Assembly (NCBI GenBank): GCA_022014175.1
Contig: JAKLLR010000003.1
Coordinates: 1 to 50,579 of the forward strand
DNA: 50,579 nt
Source of the DNA: Gammaproteobacteria bacterium
GTDB taxonomy: Bacteria; Pseudomonadota; Gammaproteobacteria; Immundisolibacterales; JAKLLR01
Reading direction: 5' to 3'
Shown: piece by piece, positions 33,698-43,314 of the stretch
How the letters are laid out: each line of letters begins with the position of its first letter
How positions within the stretch are numbered: position 1 is the first letter of the stretch
Notes under the pieces: model-generated
The model's input: only the letters and a program-made list of their open reading frames with translations
Told to the model about the DNA's origin: nothing
Database searches by the model: none
Position numbers and translations under genes: made by a program

Positions 33698-34207
33698 GCG
33701 ATTATCCGGAAATTATTTGTCAATCTGGAGTAGTGTTCCAGCTGCCCGAGTTTACTAGATTTCCACGGCCCGAATCAGCCGAATCGGATCCGGCCCCTTG
33801 GGGCCGGTTGGTGGTTCGGGTGCAGACCCGCCTGCTCGCTAGCGGCAGATAGCATTTGCAAAACTCACCCCGGGGTTTCTCTCCGCTGTGCCTCGAGCTC
33901 CCATGCGCCGATTTTGCGCCGGAATATTGAAATAAAATCCCACAGGCACTTTGTTCAGCACAATACAGACGATATCCTGTCAGCAGATTTCGCAGCTAAA
34001 GATCACCTCATTCGTTTTTGCCACGCGCTCGCGCAAAGTGGCAGCGCGCATCAGTTCCACCGCATCGGCACAGCCATCCAGCCAGCCTTGCAGACCGATA
34101 TCGGCTGCTTTCATTGACGATATCCCCCGAATTTCATGGTCATGGCCACCCCGGTCGGCAGGTCACCAGAGCAGCTTGAACCCCACACCCTGGAGTAATC
34201 ATCCCAA

Positions 34208-35347
34208 ATGAGCGTAATTTCTACCGAATGGAGCTGGGTCGACAGCGACCGGCAGCTGGCCCAGCTCTGCGAGGCGTGGCTGGAGCTGCCCGCGGTCGGC
34301 GTGGATACCGAATTCATGCGCACCCGAACCTACTATCCCAGGCTGGCACTAATCCAGGTCTGCGATGGCCCCCGCAACTGACTGATCGACTCCCTGGCCA
34401 TCGCCGATCCGGCTCCTTTCGCCGAGTGGCTCGGGGCGGCCCAATGCCACAAGATCATGCACAGCTGTGGCGGGGACCTGGAAGTGCTTTATCACCATTT
34501 TGGGGTGATGCCAGCGGGCTTATTCGATACTCAGGTGGCGGAAGCCCTAAACGGTGGTGAATTTTCACTGGGTTACGCCAAGCTGGTGGCCCAGGAGTTT
34601 GGCGTCGAACTGCCCAAGGGGGAGACCCGCTCCAACTGGCTCAAGCGCCCCCTGAGCGAACGGCAACTGCGTTACGCCGCCCTCGATGTCGCCTATCTGC
34701 CGGAGATCTACCGGCGCCAGCAGACGGCACTGGACCAGAGCGGCCGAAACCGATGGTTTGAACAGGAGATGGCTGCACTGGGAGACCCCGGCCGCTTCCT
34801 GCCTGACCCCGATGCCCTGTGGCAGAAAATCAAATACCCAGCGGAAATTGAGCCAGTGCAACTGGCGGTCCTGCGCACCCTGGCAGCCTGGCGGGAGCTG
34901 GAGGCCCGACGCCGGGATCTGCCCCGAGGGTTCGTAATCGAAGACAAAGACCTGATCAGCCTGGCAATGGATCTGCCAACTTCCGACGGGGAGCTGAATA
35001 TTAATGGATCGACCCGCCGACGGCACGGCACCACCCTGCTGAATCTGATTCGGGAGGGGCGTGAGAGCGACCCGGAGAACTGGCCCCAAGTAAAGAGCAA
35101 AACTGACGACTGGCGAGAGCAGAAGGCGCTGACTGACCAGCTGGCCAAAGCGGCCAGAAGAGTGGCCCGTTCGACCGGAGTCGCGCCGGAACTACTGGCA
35201 CCTCGCAAACTGCTGGCCCAGGTCGCCAGTCGCATTCAGGCCGGGCAAGCCGAACCCTGGCCAGCCACCCTCACCGGCTGGCGGCTGGAACTACTGGCAG
35301 ACGCGCTCCTGGCCGCAGCTAACGGTCAACAACGGGGTAGCGACTGA
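34208..35347 (+). CDS. rnd: Ribonuclease D interrupted by in-frame TGA at codon 58 (possible pseudogene)
   Basis: MSVISTEW...VGVDTEFMRTRTYYPRLALIQVCDGPRN*LIDSL; FDTQVA, WLKRPLS..QLRYAALDV, HRDC domain. Confidence 0.9.
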
Positions 35348-35403
35348 CATAGGGGTCTGCCACACTGTTGCCCCTGTTAATCAACCAGGCATCATTCAAA
35401 CAA

Positions 35404-36078
35404 ATGAGAACCAGAATATGCAGCACCGCCCTGGCGGGTGCCCTGTTGGCCCTGCCCGCCTTTGCCACCGTTGCCCTCGATAGCGACGACCAGAAAGTGA
35501 GCTACGTCATCGGCCTGAGCATCGGCCAGAATCTTCAGGCTCAAAATATTCCCTACAGCGAAGAGGCTCTCTTCGCTGGAATCGAGCACGGTCACCACGG
35601 CACGGAACCCCTCATCAAAGAAGATGACGCCCGTCTAGTGATGGCAGCCTTTGAACAGCAAAACCAGGAAGCAAAAAAAATGGCAGGTCAGGACAATTTA
35701 CTCGCAGCTGAGGCATTTCTCGCAGAAAACGCCAAAAAAGAGGGGGTTGTCACCCTCGACTCCGGACTACAGTACAAGATCATCAAAGCTGGTGACGGCG
35801 CGATACCCACCGCCGCCAGCAAAGTCACGACCCACTACAAGGGGACCCTCCTCAATGGCACCCAGTTCGACAGCTCCTATGACCGCGGCCAACCCGCAAC
35901 CTTTCCTGTGAGAGGCGTCATTCCGGGTTGGACTGAAGCACTCCAGCTCATGCCTCTGGGCAGCACCTGGGAACTCTACATTCCCCCCGCTCTGGCTTAT
36001 GGTGAACGGGGTGCGGGCGGTCGAATTGGTCCGAATTCAGCCTTGATTTTCACCATTGAACTGCTGGGTATCGAGTAA
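35404..36078 (+). CDS. Periplasmic FKBP-type peptidyl-prolyl isomerase (Mip/FklB-like)
   Basis: Signal peptide, KVSYVIG, SGLQYK, HYKGTL..FDSSY, VIPGWTEAL, LAYG. Confidence 0.93.
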   Translation: MRTRICSTALAGALLALPAFATVALDSDDQKVSYVIGLSIGQNLQAQNIPYSEEALFAGIEHGHHGTEPLIKEDDARLVMAAFEQQNQEAKKMAGQDNLLAAEAFLAENAKKEGVVTLDSGLQYKIIKAGDGAIPTAASKVTTHYKGTLLNGTQFDSSYDRGQPATFPVRGVIPGWTEALQLMPLGSTWELYIPPALAYGERGAGGRIGPNSALIFTIELLGIE

Positions 36079-36086
36079 CCAGCCAG

Positions 36087-36117
36087 CGAGGGTGCCAGCC
36101 CCTGGCTGGCACCCTCG
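36087..36117. terminator. Perfect 14-bp hairpin just after the FKBP stop
   Basis: CGAGGGTGCCAGCC-cct-GGCTGGCACCCTCG; no U-tract. Confidence 0.5.
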
Positions 36118-36129
36118 GCTTCTGGACTC

Positions 36130-36360
36130 AGCCTCCCGGCTCAAGCGCAGCAATATCTCCCCGGTCAAGAACAACAGGGGCCGGGGGCGAGGCTGTCCGA
36201 GCCGCTGTGGCTCCAGGAGAACCAGAATCTGACCGCCGGTGAGTTCCGTTTTCACCGGATCGTTATTGAAAGGCTGACTGGTAAGCAGGTCACCACCCCA
36301 GCGGCCCTATCTGCCCGAATACCGCCAGAGTTCATGACTGCCACACCGGTCTCCTCTGTA
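36130..36360 (-). pseudogene. Frameshifted remnant of a 5'-nucleotidase C-terminal domain
   Basis: VAVMNSGGIRAD in one frame, then GDLLTSQPFNNDPVKTELTGGQILVLLEPQ..GQPRPRPL in another. Confidence 0.65.
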
Positions 36361-36403
36361 TCCGTTGATCAGACTTAGGGCAGAGGCGGGGAAATCTGTT
36401 CGG

Positions 36404-37135
36404 TTAAGCCTCACCATCCACTGCTGTTTGATCCAGCCTCCGCCAGACCGGCTCCGCCCCACCCTGATCATGCATACCCTGAAGCTTGGCCTCATGAGCC
36501 ACCAGCTCCTCCGGGCTGGCCCGCAATACCCGCAGGGATCCGTGAGCTAGATCAAGCTTTGCTACTGCAGCTGCCTCGCCACCGATCGTGACCTCGTCAT
36601 TCAGCAACAGACTGGTCTGCCCACCGGTCATGGCCAGGTAGACATCTGCCAGGATCTCCGCATCCAGCAGAGCACCGTGCAGCACCCGCTGGGAATTGTC
36701 CACGTCATAACGCTTGCAGAGCGCGTCAAGAGTGTTGCGCTGACCGGGGTGGAGATGGCGTGCCATACTGAGGGTGTCGAGCACCCCGCAGATCTCCTCC
36801 AGCGGCGTTGAGCGCTCATCCAGCAGTCTCAGCTCATTATTCAGAAAGCCCATATCAAAGGGGGCGTTGTGGATAATCAGCTCCGCGCCTTTAAGGTACT
36901 CGATCAGATCATCCGCAACATCAGCAAAACGGGGCTTATCCGCCAGCATCTCCGCGGTAATGCCGTGAACCTCAACCGCACCGAGGTCGATCTCCCGATC
37001 CGGGCGCAGATACTGATGATAGTGATTGCCGGTCAACCGGCGGTTTACCAGCTCTACACAACCAATCTCAATCACCCGATGGCCCTGACTGTGCTCCAGC
37101 CCGGTGGTCTCGGTATCAAGCACAACCTGTCTCAT
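36404..37135 (-). CDS. dnaQ: DNA polymerase III epsilon subunit
   Basis: [39 protein letters not shown]. Confidence 0.98.
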   Translation of the reverse strand: MRQVVLDTETTGLEHSQGHRVIEIGCVELVNRRLTGNHYHQYLRPDREIDLGAVEVHGITAEMLADKPRFADVADDLIEYLKGAELIIHNAPFDMGFLNNELRLLDERSTPLEEICGVLDTLSMARHLHPGQRNTLDALCKRYDVDNSQRVLHGALLDAEILADVYLAMTGGQTSLLLNDEVTIGGEAAAVAKLDLAHGSLRVLRASPEELVAHEAKLQGMHDQGGAEPVWRRLDQTAVDGEA

Positions 37136-37575
37136 GTGATATCCACCATTTCGTCAATACCCCGGTTGGCCAGCCGATCGGCCCGCTCGTTGAACGGATG
37201 CCCGGCATGGCCCTTGACCCACTCCCAGCTGACTTGATGGTGGGACAGGGTTTGGTCGAGCTGCCGCCAGAGGTCTACATTCTTCACCGCTTTACGGCCC
37301 GCCGTGCGCCAGCCGTTCAGCTTCCATTTCGGCATCCACTCGGTAACACCCTGCATGACGTACCTGGAGTCGGTGGTCACCACCACCGTACAGCTGCGGG
37401 TTAAAGCCTCAAGCCCTTTGATGACTGCGGTCATCTCCATCCGGTTATTTGTGGTCTCCACCTCGCCACCCCATAGCTCTCGCTCCACCCCGCCATAGAT
37501 CAGAACCACACCCCAGCCACCGGGGCCCGGGTTACCGCGACAGGCGCCGTCGGTATATAACGCCACGGGTTTCAT
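37132..37575 (-). CDS. rnhA: Ribonuclease HI
   Basis: [41 protein letters not shown]. Confidence 0.98.
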   Translation of the reverse strand: MKPVALYTDGACRGNPGPGGWGVVLIYGGVERELWGGEVETTNNRMEMTAVIKGLEALTRSCTVVVTTDSRYVMQGVTEWMPKWKLNGWRTAGRKAVKNVDLWRQLDQTLSHHQVSWEWVKGHAGHPFNERADRLANRGIDEMVDIT

Positions 37576-38306
37576 GCGCAGCGCCGCTGGGCCGCCGGTA
37601 ATAGCCCGCGGGTTCTATATCCGCTGAACTGACGCTGGTCAGGACCGACCAGGGTCATACCCAGCCGCTTTTTTTGCCCCACAAACACGTACACACCACC
37701 CAGCCCCGGGGAGATCTTTGCCCCGATTGATTCGAATTTACGACTCCAGACGTGGCCGTAGATAAGGCGTGCCGGAGGACCAAACAGCAGCGTCTCCCGC
37801 CCCACCGGGTCCACCGCCCGCCGCTGCAGTTGTCGCCGCAGCCAGGGCAGCGGCAGAAAACGATGCCGGGCAATATCAGATAACCGCTGAAGCCGTTTCG
37901 CCAGGTGCCAGACCCCCCAGCTGCTAGCGGGATTAAAACCGGTGACGATGAGATACCCCTCCGGCTCCAGAACCCGGCAGGCCTCGGCCAGAATCGCCTC
38001 GGGATTCCTGGCCGTCTCCAGCGTATGCGGCACCACAACTGCATCGAATGCCGCCCGGCCAAAAGGCAACGCGTCAGGCTGTCCGGCAACATGGGGCAAT
38101 CCTGCGGCGGTCGATTCCAGCACTGACACACGGCAGCCAGCGGGGGATACCAGCAACGCGCCACCCCAGGGACTGGCCAATTGCAGCGCCGACCGACACC
38201 CCAATGTCTCCAGTCGAGAGAGGATCTGACCCTGCTCAGCGCGCAGGACCTGCTTTCCAAGTTCACTGTTGAACCAGTCTGTGGAATCTCTGTCAGTCGC
38301 ACTCAT
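37572..38306 (-). CDS. YafS-like class I SAM-dependent methyltransferase
   Basis: WF.SELG, LPF...[20 protein letters not shown]; position next to rnhA. Confidence 0.82.
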   Translation of the reverse strand: MSATDRDSTDWFNSELGKQVLRAEQGQILSRLETLGCRSALQLASPWGGALLVSPAGCRVSVLESTAAGLPHVAGQPDALPFGRAAFDAVVVPHTLETARNPEAILAEACRVLEPEGYLIVTGFNPASSWGVWHLAKRLQRLSDIARHRFLPLPWLRRQLQRRAVDPVGRETLLFGPPARLIYGHVWSRKFESIGAKISPGLGGVYVFVGQKKRLGMTLVGPDQRQFSGYRTRGLLPAAQRRCA

Positions 38307-38417
38307 GGCAGTGGTCCGGCGGGGGGATATGCGTAGGGGAGCTAGTGGTCAACTTTATCACAGGCGGGTCGCCCAACAGATTGCACGAACTGGTCCTGCA
38401 AACTAGAATCGGTACTC

Positions 38418-40013
38418 ATGTACGAGATTAAGTTTTTCACTCAACCCCATGGAATATGGGCCGTTGTTTTGGTTGCTCTGCTTGCTGGCTGCGCCAGCGA
38501 CCGCCGCAATTCCGCCACCTCCGAAACGCCCCCCGCCCACCGGGTGGGCACTGCCCAGGGGCGGCAACTGGAAGTCAATAATTCCAGGGTGCTGAAGTCG
38601 CGTGCTGCATCGACCCATGCACGCCAAACCACCTCCTTGCCCGTAGGCCAGCCGGAGAATCAGGAGCTGTGGTCGCAGTTACGGGTCGGATTTGCCATCC
38701 GTGATGTCGACACCCCCCGACTCCAGAGTGAAATAGACTGGCTGCACCAGCACCGGGACTACGCCACACGTGTGCTGAGCCGAGCCGCACCGGTTCTGCC
38801 TTTTATTCTGGAACAGACCAGAGCCCGGGGCTTGCCCACAGAGCTGGCCCTGCTGCCCTTTGTTGAGAGCGCTTTTAATCCGACAGCCACCTCCCGCTCT
38901 GGCGCCGCAGGACTATGGCAATTTATGCCCGCCACTGGGCGGCAATACGGCCTCACTCAGGACTGGTGGGCAGATGACCGCCGCGACCTGATCAAATCCA
39001 CCCACGCAGCGCTGGACTACCTGACGTATCTAAACAGAGAAGTTGGTGGTGACTGGCCACTGACCCTGGCAGCCTACAACGGGGGTCTGGGTACGCTCTT
39101 CAGGGCCCAGGCTCGCAACCGGGATAAAGGGCTCAATGACAATTTTGAGGCCCTGGTTCTGCGTCAGGAGACTCGGCACTATGTACCCAAACTACTGGCG
39201 ATTCGCCAACTGGTGGCCCAGCCCGACGCGTTCGGAGTGCGGCTACCGGTGGTTCCTCTGGTATCTTCATTCCAGCTGGTAGAGACCGGGGGACAGATTG
39301 AGCTGGCCCTGGCCGCCCGCCTCGCCGAGCTGGATATCGGCCAGCTACAGAGCCTGAATCCGGCCCTGCGGCGCTGGGCAACCCGCCCCGAAGGGCCCCA
39401 TCATCTACTGGTACCGGCTGATCAGGCGGAAGCCCTTCGGCGTGGACTGGCGACCATTGAGATCAGCCAGCGGGTCAACTGGCAACGCCACGCCATCGCC
39501 CGGGGTGACTCTCTAAGCACCATCGCCCGACGCTACGGCACCACTGTGGCGGTACTGCGGCAGACCAACAACATCAGTGGCAGCGCCATTCGGGCCGGTA
39601 AACACCTGCTGGTTCCTCAGAGCGGCGACCCCAGCCGGACAACAGTCGCCACCACGCCAAACTGCAACGGGCCCAGCCAGGCCTATCAAGTCGCATTGGG
39701 GGATACGCTCTGGATGCTCAGTCGGCGCCACGACATCAGTTTGGCCCAGCTGCAACAATGTAACGATCTGAGTAACGACTCAACTCTATCGATTGGGCAA
39801 ACGCTGCGGATACCACAGGGTACACTGCAGGTGGCAGACACCAGACGCCAGAGTAACGACGCGATTGACTATCGGGTACGACGGGGGGATTCTCTCAGCC
39901 ATATCTCCCGCAAGTTCGGCGTATCGGTCAATCAGTTGCGTCGATGGAATGGACTTGTGGATGATCTGCTACAGCCGGGGGACCTGTTAAAGGTCCATCC
40001 GAACACCACCTGA
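38418..40013 (+). CDS. mltD: Membrane-bound lytic murein transglycosylase D (SLT + 3 LysM)
   Basis: Lipobox LLAGC, LPFVES, AAGLWQFMP, AAYNGG, ETRHYVPK, three LysM repeats. Confidence 0.93.
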   Translation: MYEIKFFTQPHGIWAVVLVALLAGCASDRRNSATSETPPAHRVGTAQGRQLEVNNSRVLKSRAASTHARQTTSLPVGQPENQELWSQLRVGFAIRDVDTPRLQSEIDWLHQHRDYATRVLSRAAPVLPFILEQTRARGLPTELALLPFVESAFNPTATSRSGAAGLWQFMPATGRQYGLTQDWWADDRRDLIKSTHAALDYLTYLNREVGGDWPLTLAAYNGGLGTLFRAQARNRDKGLNDNFEALVLRQETRHYVPKLLAIRQLVAQPDAFGVRLPVVPLVSSFQLVETGGQIELALAARLAELDIGQLQSLNPALRRWATRPEGPHHLLVPADQAEALRRGLATIEISQRVNWQRHAIARGDSLSTIARRYGTTVAVLRQTNNISGSAIRAGKHLLVPQSGDPSRTTVATTPNCNGPSQAYQVALGDTLWMLSRRHDISLAQLQQCNDLSNDSTLSIGQTLRIPQGTLQVADTRRQSNDAIDYRVRRGDSLSHISRKFGVSVNQLRRWNGLVDDLLQPGDLLKVHPNTT

Positions 40014-40047
40014 AAACAGCAACATAAATTTTGAGAGGACGCATAAC

Positions 40048-40527
40048 ATGATTCAAGTTGGTCAAAAACTCCCGACCGTGACTCTGGTCCAGATGGGCGC
40101 TGAAGGGCCCGCCCCGATCACCACGGATGAGCTGTTCGCCGGCAAAAAAGCGGTGCTTTTCGCGGTTCCCGGCGCTTTTACCCCCACCTGCTCTGCCCAG
40201 CACCTGCCCGGCTTTGTCAGCAATGCCGCAGCCATTAAAGCCAAAGGTGTAGATCTGATCGCCTGCGTTTCGGTCAATGATGTATTCGTCATGGCGGGTT
40301 GGGGCAAAGACCAGAACACCGGCGACGACGTGGTGATGCTGGCCGATGCCGGTGGTGATCTGGCCAAGGCCGTGGGCCTGGAGTTTGATCTCAGCGCCCG
40401 GGGACTCGGAGTCCGTTCAATGCGCTACGCCATGATTATTGAAGATGGCGTGGTCACCACTCTCAACGTGGACGAGAGCGGCGGGCTGGAATCCAGCAGC
40501 GCTGAAGCCATCCTGGCTGCGCTCTAG
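40048..40527 (+). CDS. Peroxiredoxin, Prx5/type II
   Basis: VPGAFTPTCSAQHLPG, SVNDVFVM; SD GAGAGGA. Confidence 0.95.
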   Translation: MIQVGQKLPTVTLVQMGAEGPAPITTDELFAGKKAVLFAVPGAFTPTCSAQHLPGFVSNAAAIKAKGVDLIACVSVNDVFVMAGWGKDQNTGDDVVMLADAGGDLAKAVGLEFDLSARGLGVRSMRYAMIIEDGVVTTLNVDESGGLESSSAEAILAAL

Positions 40528-40537
40528 ACCGGCAACC

Positions 40538-41245
40538 TCAGGCGCTGGCGCCTTGCGCCAGCGCCACCAGGGCCTGACGGGCCTCTGCCAGAGTGGTCAC
40601 CGGCTGCTCAAACGGCACCCGCAGCAGGACCTCATCGGCGAGCAGGTCAAATCCGTCGGGATCCACACCCACCATCTGCACCTCGGCTGGAGTGATCTCA
40701 GCGAAGATCTGACAGTAGTGACTTAACGCAGCCTGATGATCACTGTTCATGTGCTCAAGAATCCCGGCTTCAGACTCAGCCAGGGGATTAAGCAGCGCGA
40801 GTTGATCCGCCTCGATCCAGTGAATATCGCCGAATCCACCGATGTATCGGTGCTTCACCGGGACCAGTCCGTAATAGGAAAAATCGTGGGTTTGGTGATA
40901 CTCACCACTGTCCGGGAAAAACCGCAAATAGCGGCTATGGGCCCGCTCCGCATCCGCCCCCGACAGACGCCTGGCATCCGCCAGCCACGTCAGCCGTGAG
41001 CCCGCCTGGGGGTCGCCGGCGGCGGCATCAATTATGGTCAGTGAACAGCGACCATCTGCTGCCAGATTACGGGTGTGCTGGGCCAGGGTGCTGATTAAAA
41101 TAATCAGATAACCCTCAGCATCAATCACATAGGGCGTGACGGAACCAAACGGATAACCGGGAACTGCGAGCGAGGTGGTGGCCAACACGCCAAATCTCTG
41201 GCTTCGCACAAATGCCCGAACGGGCAGAAAATCATGGCTGTTCAA
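40538..41245 (-). CDS. HugZ-like PNPOx-family protein with DUF2470 domain
   Basis: GYPFGSV, STLAQHTRNL, HDF, RYIGGFG, LEHMNSDH. Confidence 0.87.
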   Translation of the reverse strand: MNSHDFLPVRAFVRSQRFGVLATTSLAVPGYPFGSVTPYVIDAEGYLIILISTLAQHTRNLAADGRCSLTIIDAAAGDPQAGSRLTWLADARRLSGADAERAHSRYLRFFPDSGEYHQTHDFSYYGLVPVKHRYIGGFGDIHWIEADQLALLNPLAESEAGILEHMNSDHQAALSHYCQIFAEITPAEVQMVGVDPDGFDLLADEVLLRVPFEQPVTTLAEARQALVALAQGASA

Positions 41246-41397
41246 TCGGCTGCTTCCCGGGGAAATCGGGCTTTATTTTCTCACAGCGGCGAGTTCCCGG
41301 GCAGATCAATCGTGCAGCCGGCCGTCGCCATTTTTCTGCAACCTGTTTTGCCTATAATAGGGAGATTCCGATCCCCGCTGACTGAACAGGTAGCTCT

Positions 41398-42420
41398 ATG
41401 TATTCCGACACCCTGAACAACACCGTTGCCGCCATGACCGCTCCCGGCAAAGGTCTGCTCGCCGCCGATGAAAGCACCAACACTATCAAAAAGCGGTTCG
41501 ATACCATTACTCTGGAATCCACCGAAGAGAGTCGCCGGGACTATCGCGAGATGCTCTTCACCACGCCACAGATCAGCGATTACATCAGCGGTGTGATTCT
41601 GTTCGAAGAGACATTGAGCCAGGTCGCCCGCAGCGGTCAGCCTCTGGCTGAACTGCTCATAGCGCAGGGGATTCTGCCGGGCATCAAAGTCGACAAGGGC
41701 CTCATCCCCCTGAATCCGGGATCAGCTGAAAAATGCACCCAGGGGCTTGATGGCCTAGGACAGAAGCTACAGCAAGCTCGAGAACTGGGGGCCAGGTTCG
41801 CCAAGTGGCGCGGGGTCTACAGCATCGCCCACACCCTGCCCAGCCGTCAGAGCATCCACGTCAATGCGGAAGGGCTGGCCCGTTATGCGGCGATCTGCCA
41901 ATCGGAAGGCATCGTGCCGATCGTCGAGCCTGAAGTGCTGATGGACGGTGAACATGACATCCATCGCTGTGAGCGAGTTACCACTGAAGTGCTGGCTGCG
42001 GTATTCAATGCCCTGAGGACCCATGGCGTCACTCTTGAACAGATGATTCTGAAGCCGAACATGGTGCTGCCGGGGGCAGAGTGCACCGTTCAGGCGGGCC
42101 CACAAGAGGTCGCCGAGGCCACGGTTCGCACCTTCAAGAGAACCGTGCCGGCGGCAGTCCCGGGCATCATGTTTCTCTCTGGCGGGCAGTCGGAACAGGC
42201 GGCTTCAGCCAATCTGAATGCGATCAATGCACTCAACACCAGCAAACCCTGGGTGCTCAGCTACTCCTACGGTCGTGCGCTGCAGGCCCCTGCCCTGCAA
42301 ACCTGGGGTGGGCGTGATGAAAATGTCACCGCCGCCCAGACCGCGCTGGCTAAACGGGCTCGACTCAATAGTGCCGCTGCGGTCGGCGGTTACCGGGCAG
42401 AGATGGAACAGGTCGCCTGA
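41398..42420 (+). CDS. Fructose-bisphosphate aldolase class I
   Basis: GLLAADES, GIKVDKG, FAKWR, VPIVEPEV, LKPNMV, FLSGGQ, SYGRALQ. Confidence 0.96.
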   Translation: MYSDTLNNTVAAMTAPGKGLLAADESTNTIKKRFDTITLESTEESRRDYREMLFTTPQISDYISGVILFEETLSQVARSGQPLAELLIAQGILPGIKVDKGLIPLNPGSAEKCTQGLDGLGQKLQQARELGARFAKWRGVYSIAHTLPSRQSIHVNAEGLARYAAICQSEGIVPIVEPEVLMDGEHDIHRCERVTTEVLAAVFNALRTHGVTLEQMILKPNMVLPGAECTVQAGPQEVAEATVRTFKRTVPAAVPGIMFLSGGQSEQAASANLNAINALNTSKPWVLSYSYGRALQAPALQTWGGRDENVTAAQTALAKRARLNSAAAVGGYRAEMEQVA

Positions 42421-42570
42421 GCCCGCCCATCTGCCGATCCGCCTGGACGACTACATCGGCGACCGGTCACGCCAAACCAGCTGGCGGCGCCTCAGCAGCG
42501 CCGACCATGTGACTGGATCCGACACAGACTGGAGGGGCCGTAATCCCGACCCTCGCCACACACACCACTG

Positions 42571-43290
42571 TCAGGATGCGCCGTAACCCCCGTCGACCGA
42601 CCATACGGCGCCGGTGACGTAGCTGTTTTCGATCTGGCCCAGGATGGTTTGTGCCACCTCGGCCGCCAACCCCATGCGCGGAATCAGCAGCTGCTTCATG
42701 GCATGCTCCATGAACAGATCCATCGCCGGGGAGCTGCCCATTTTCTCTCCCATGGGGGTATCAATCGGCCCCGGAGCCACCGCATTAACCCGGATACCCC
42801 GAGGAGCCAGCTCCACCGCCATACCCTTGGTCAGTGCGCTCAACCCCCCTTTGGTGGCCTGATAGACACACATACCCGGCGAACCCTTGGTCGCCACCAC
42901 CGATGAGACATGGACGATCACTCCAGCCTTCTGTTCCAGCGCCGGTAGCAGGGCCTGGGTCAGAAACAGCGGCCCCCGCAGATTGGTCTCAATCATGCTG
43001 GTGAACGCCTCGTCATCCACCTCATCCAGAGTCTGCACCACCGCCATGCCGGCGTTATTCACCAGCACATCCAGACCACTCTCGCCATAACGAGCACCGA
43101 GGGCTTTGATATCAGCCAGACTACGCATATCAGCCACGGCGTAGTCCACCCCAAGCGACTCCGCGGCCTGAGCCATCCTGTCACGGTTGCGGCCAGCAAT
43201 GCAGACCTCATAGCCCCGCGCTTTCAGCAGTTCCGCCGCAGCGTAACCAATCCCTGAATTGCCACCCGTCAATAACGCAGTTTTTGCCAT
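42571..43290 (-). CDS. Short-chain dehydrogenase/reductase
   Basis: TGGNSGIG, NNAG, YQATK, VNAVAPG, VDGG. Confidence 0.93.
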   Translation of the reverse strand: MAKTALLTGGNSGIGYAAAELLKARGYEVCIAGRNRDRMAQAAESLGVDYAVADMRSLADIKALGARYGESGLDVLVNNAGMAVVQTLDEVDDEAFTSMIETNLRGPLFLTQALLPALEQKAGVIVHVSSVVATKGSPGMCVYQATKGGLSALTKGMAVELAPRGIRVNAVAPGPIDTPMGEKMGSSPAMDLFMEHAMKQLLIPRMGLAAEVAQTILGQIENSYVTGAVWSVDGGYGAS

Positions 43291-43314
43291 CTTCTCACCC
43301 CCGATTACAATTTT

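Noticed and set aside
33698-34207. Cobalamin riboswitch upstream of icmF
   Set aside because: Only a weak GACCTGCC-like match near 34160; core B12-box elements not found and they would fall inside rnd
42421-42570. LPIRLDDYI peptide resembling a transposase fragment
   Set aside because: Match too short; no terminal repeats or further similarity
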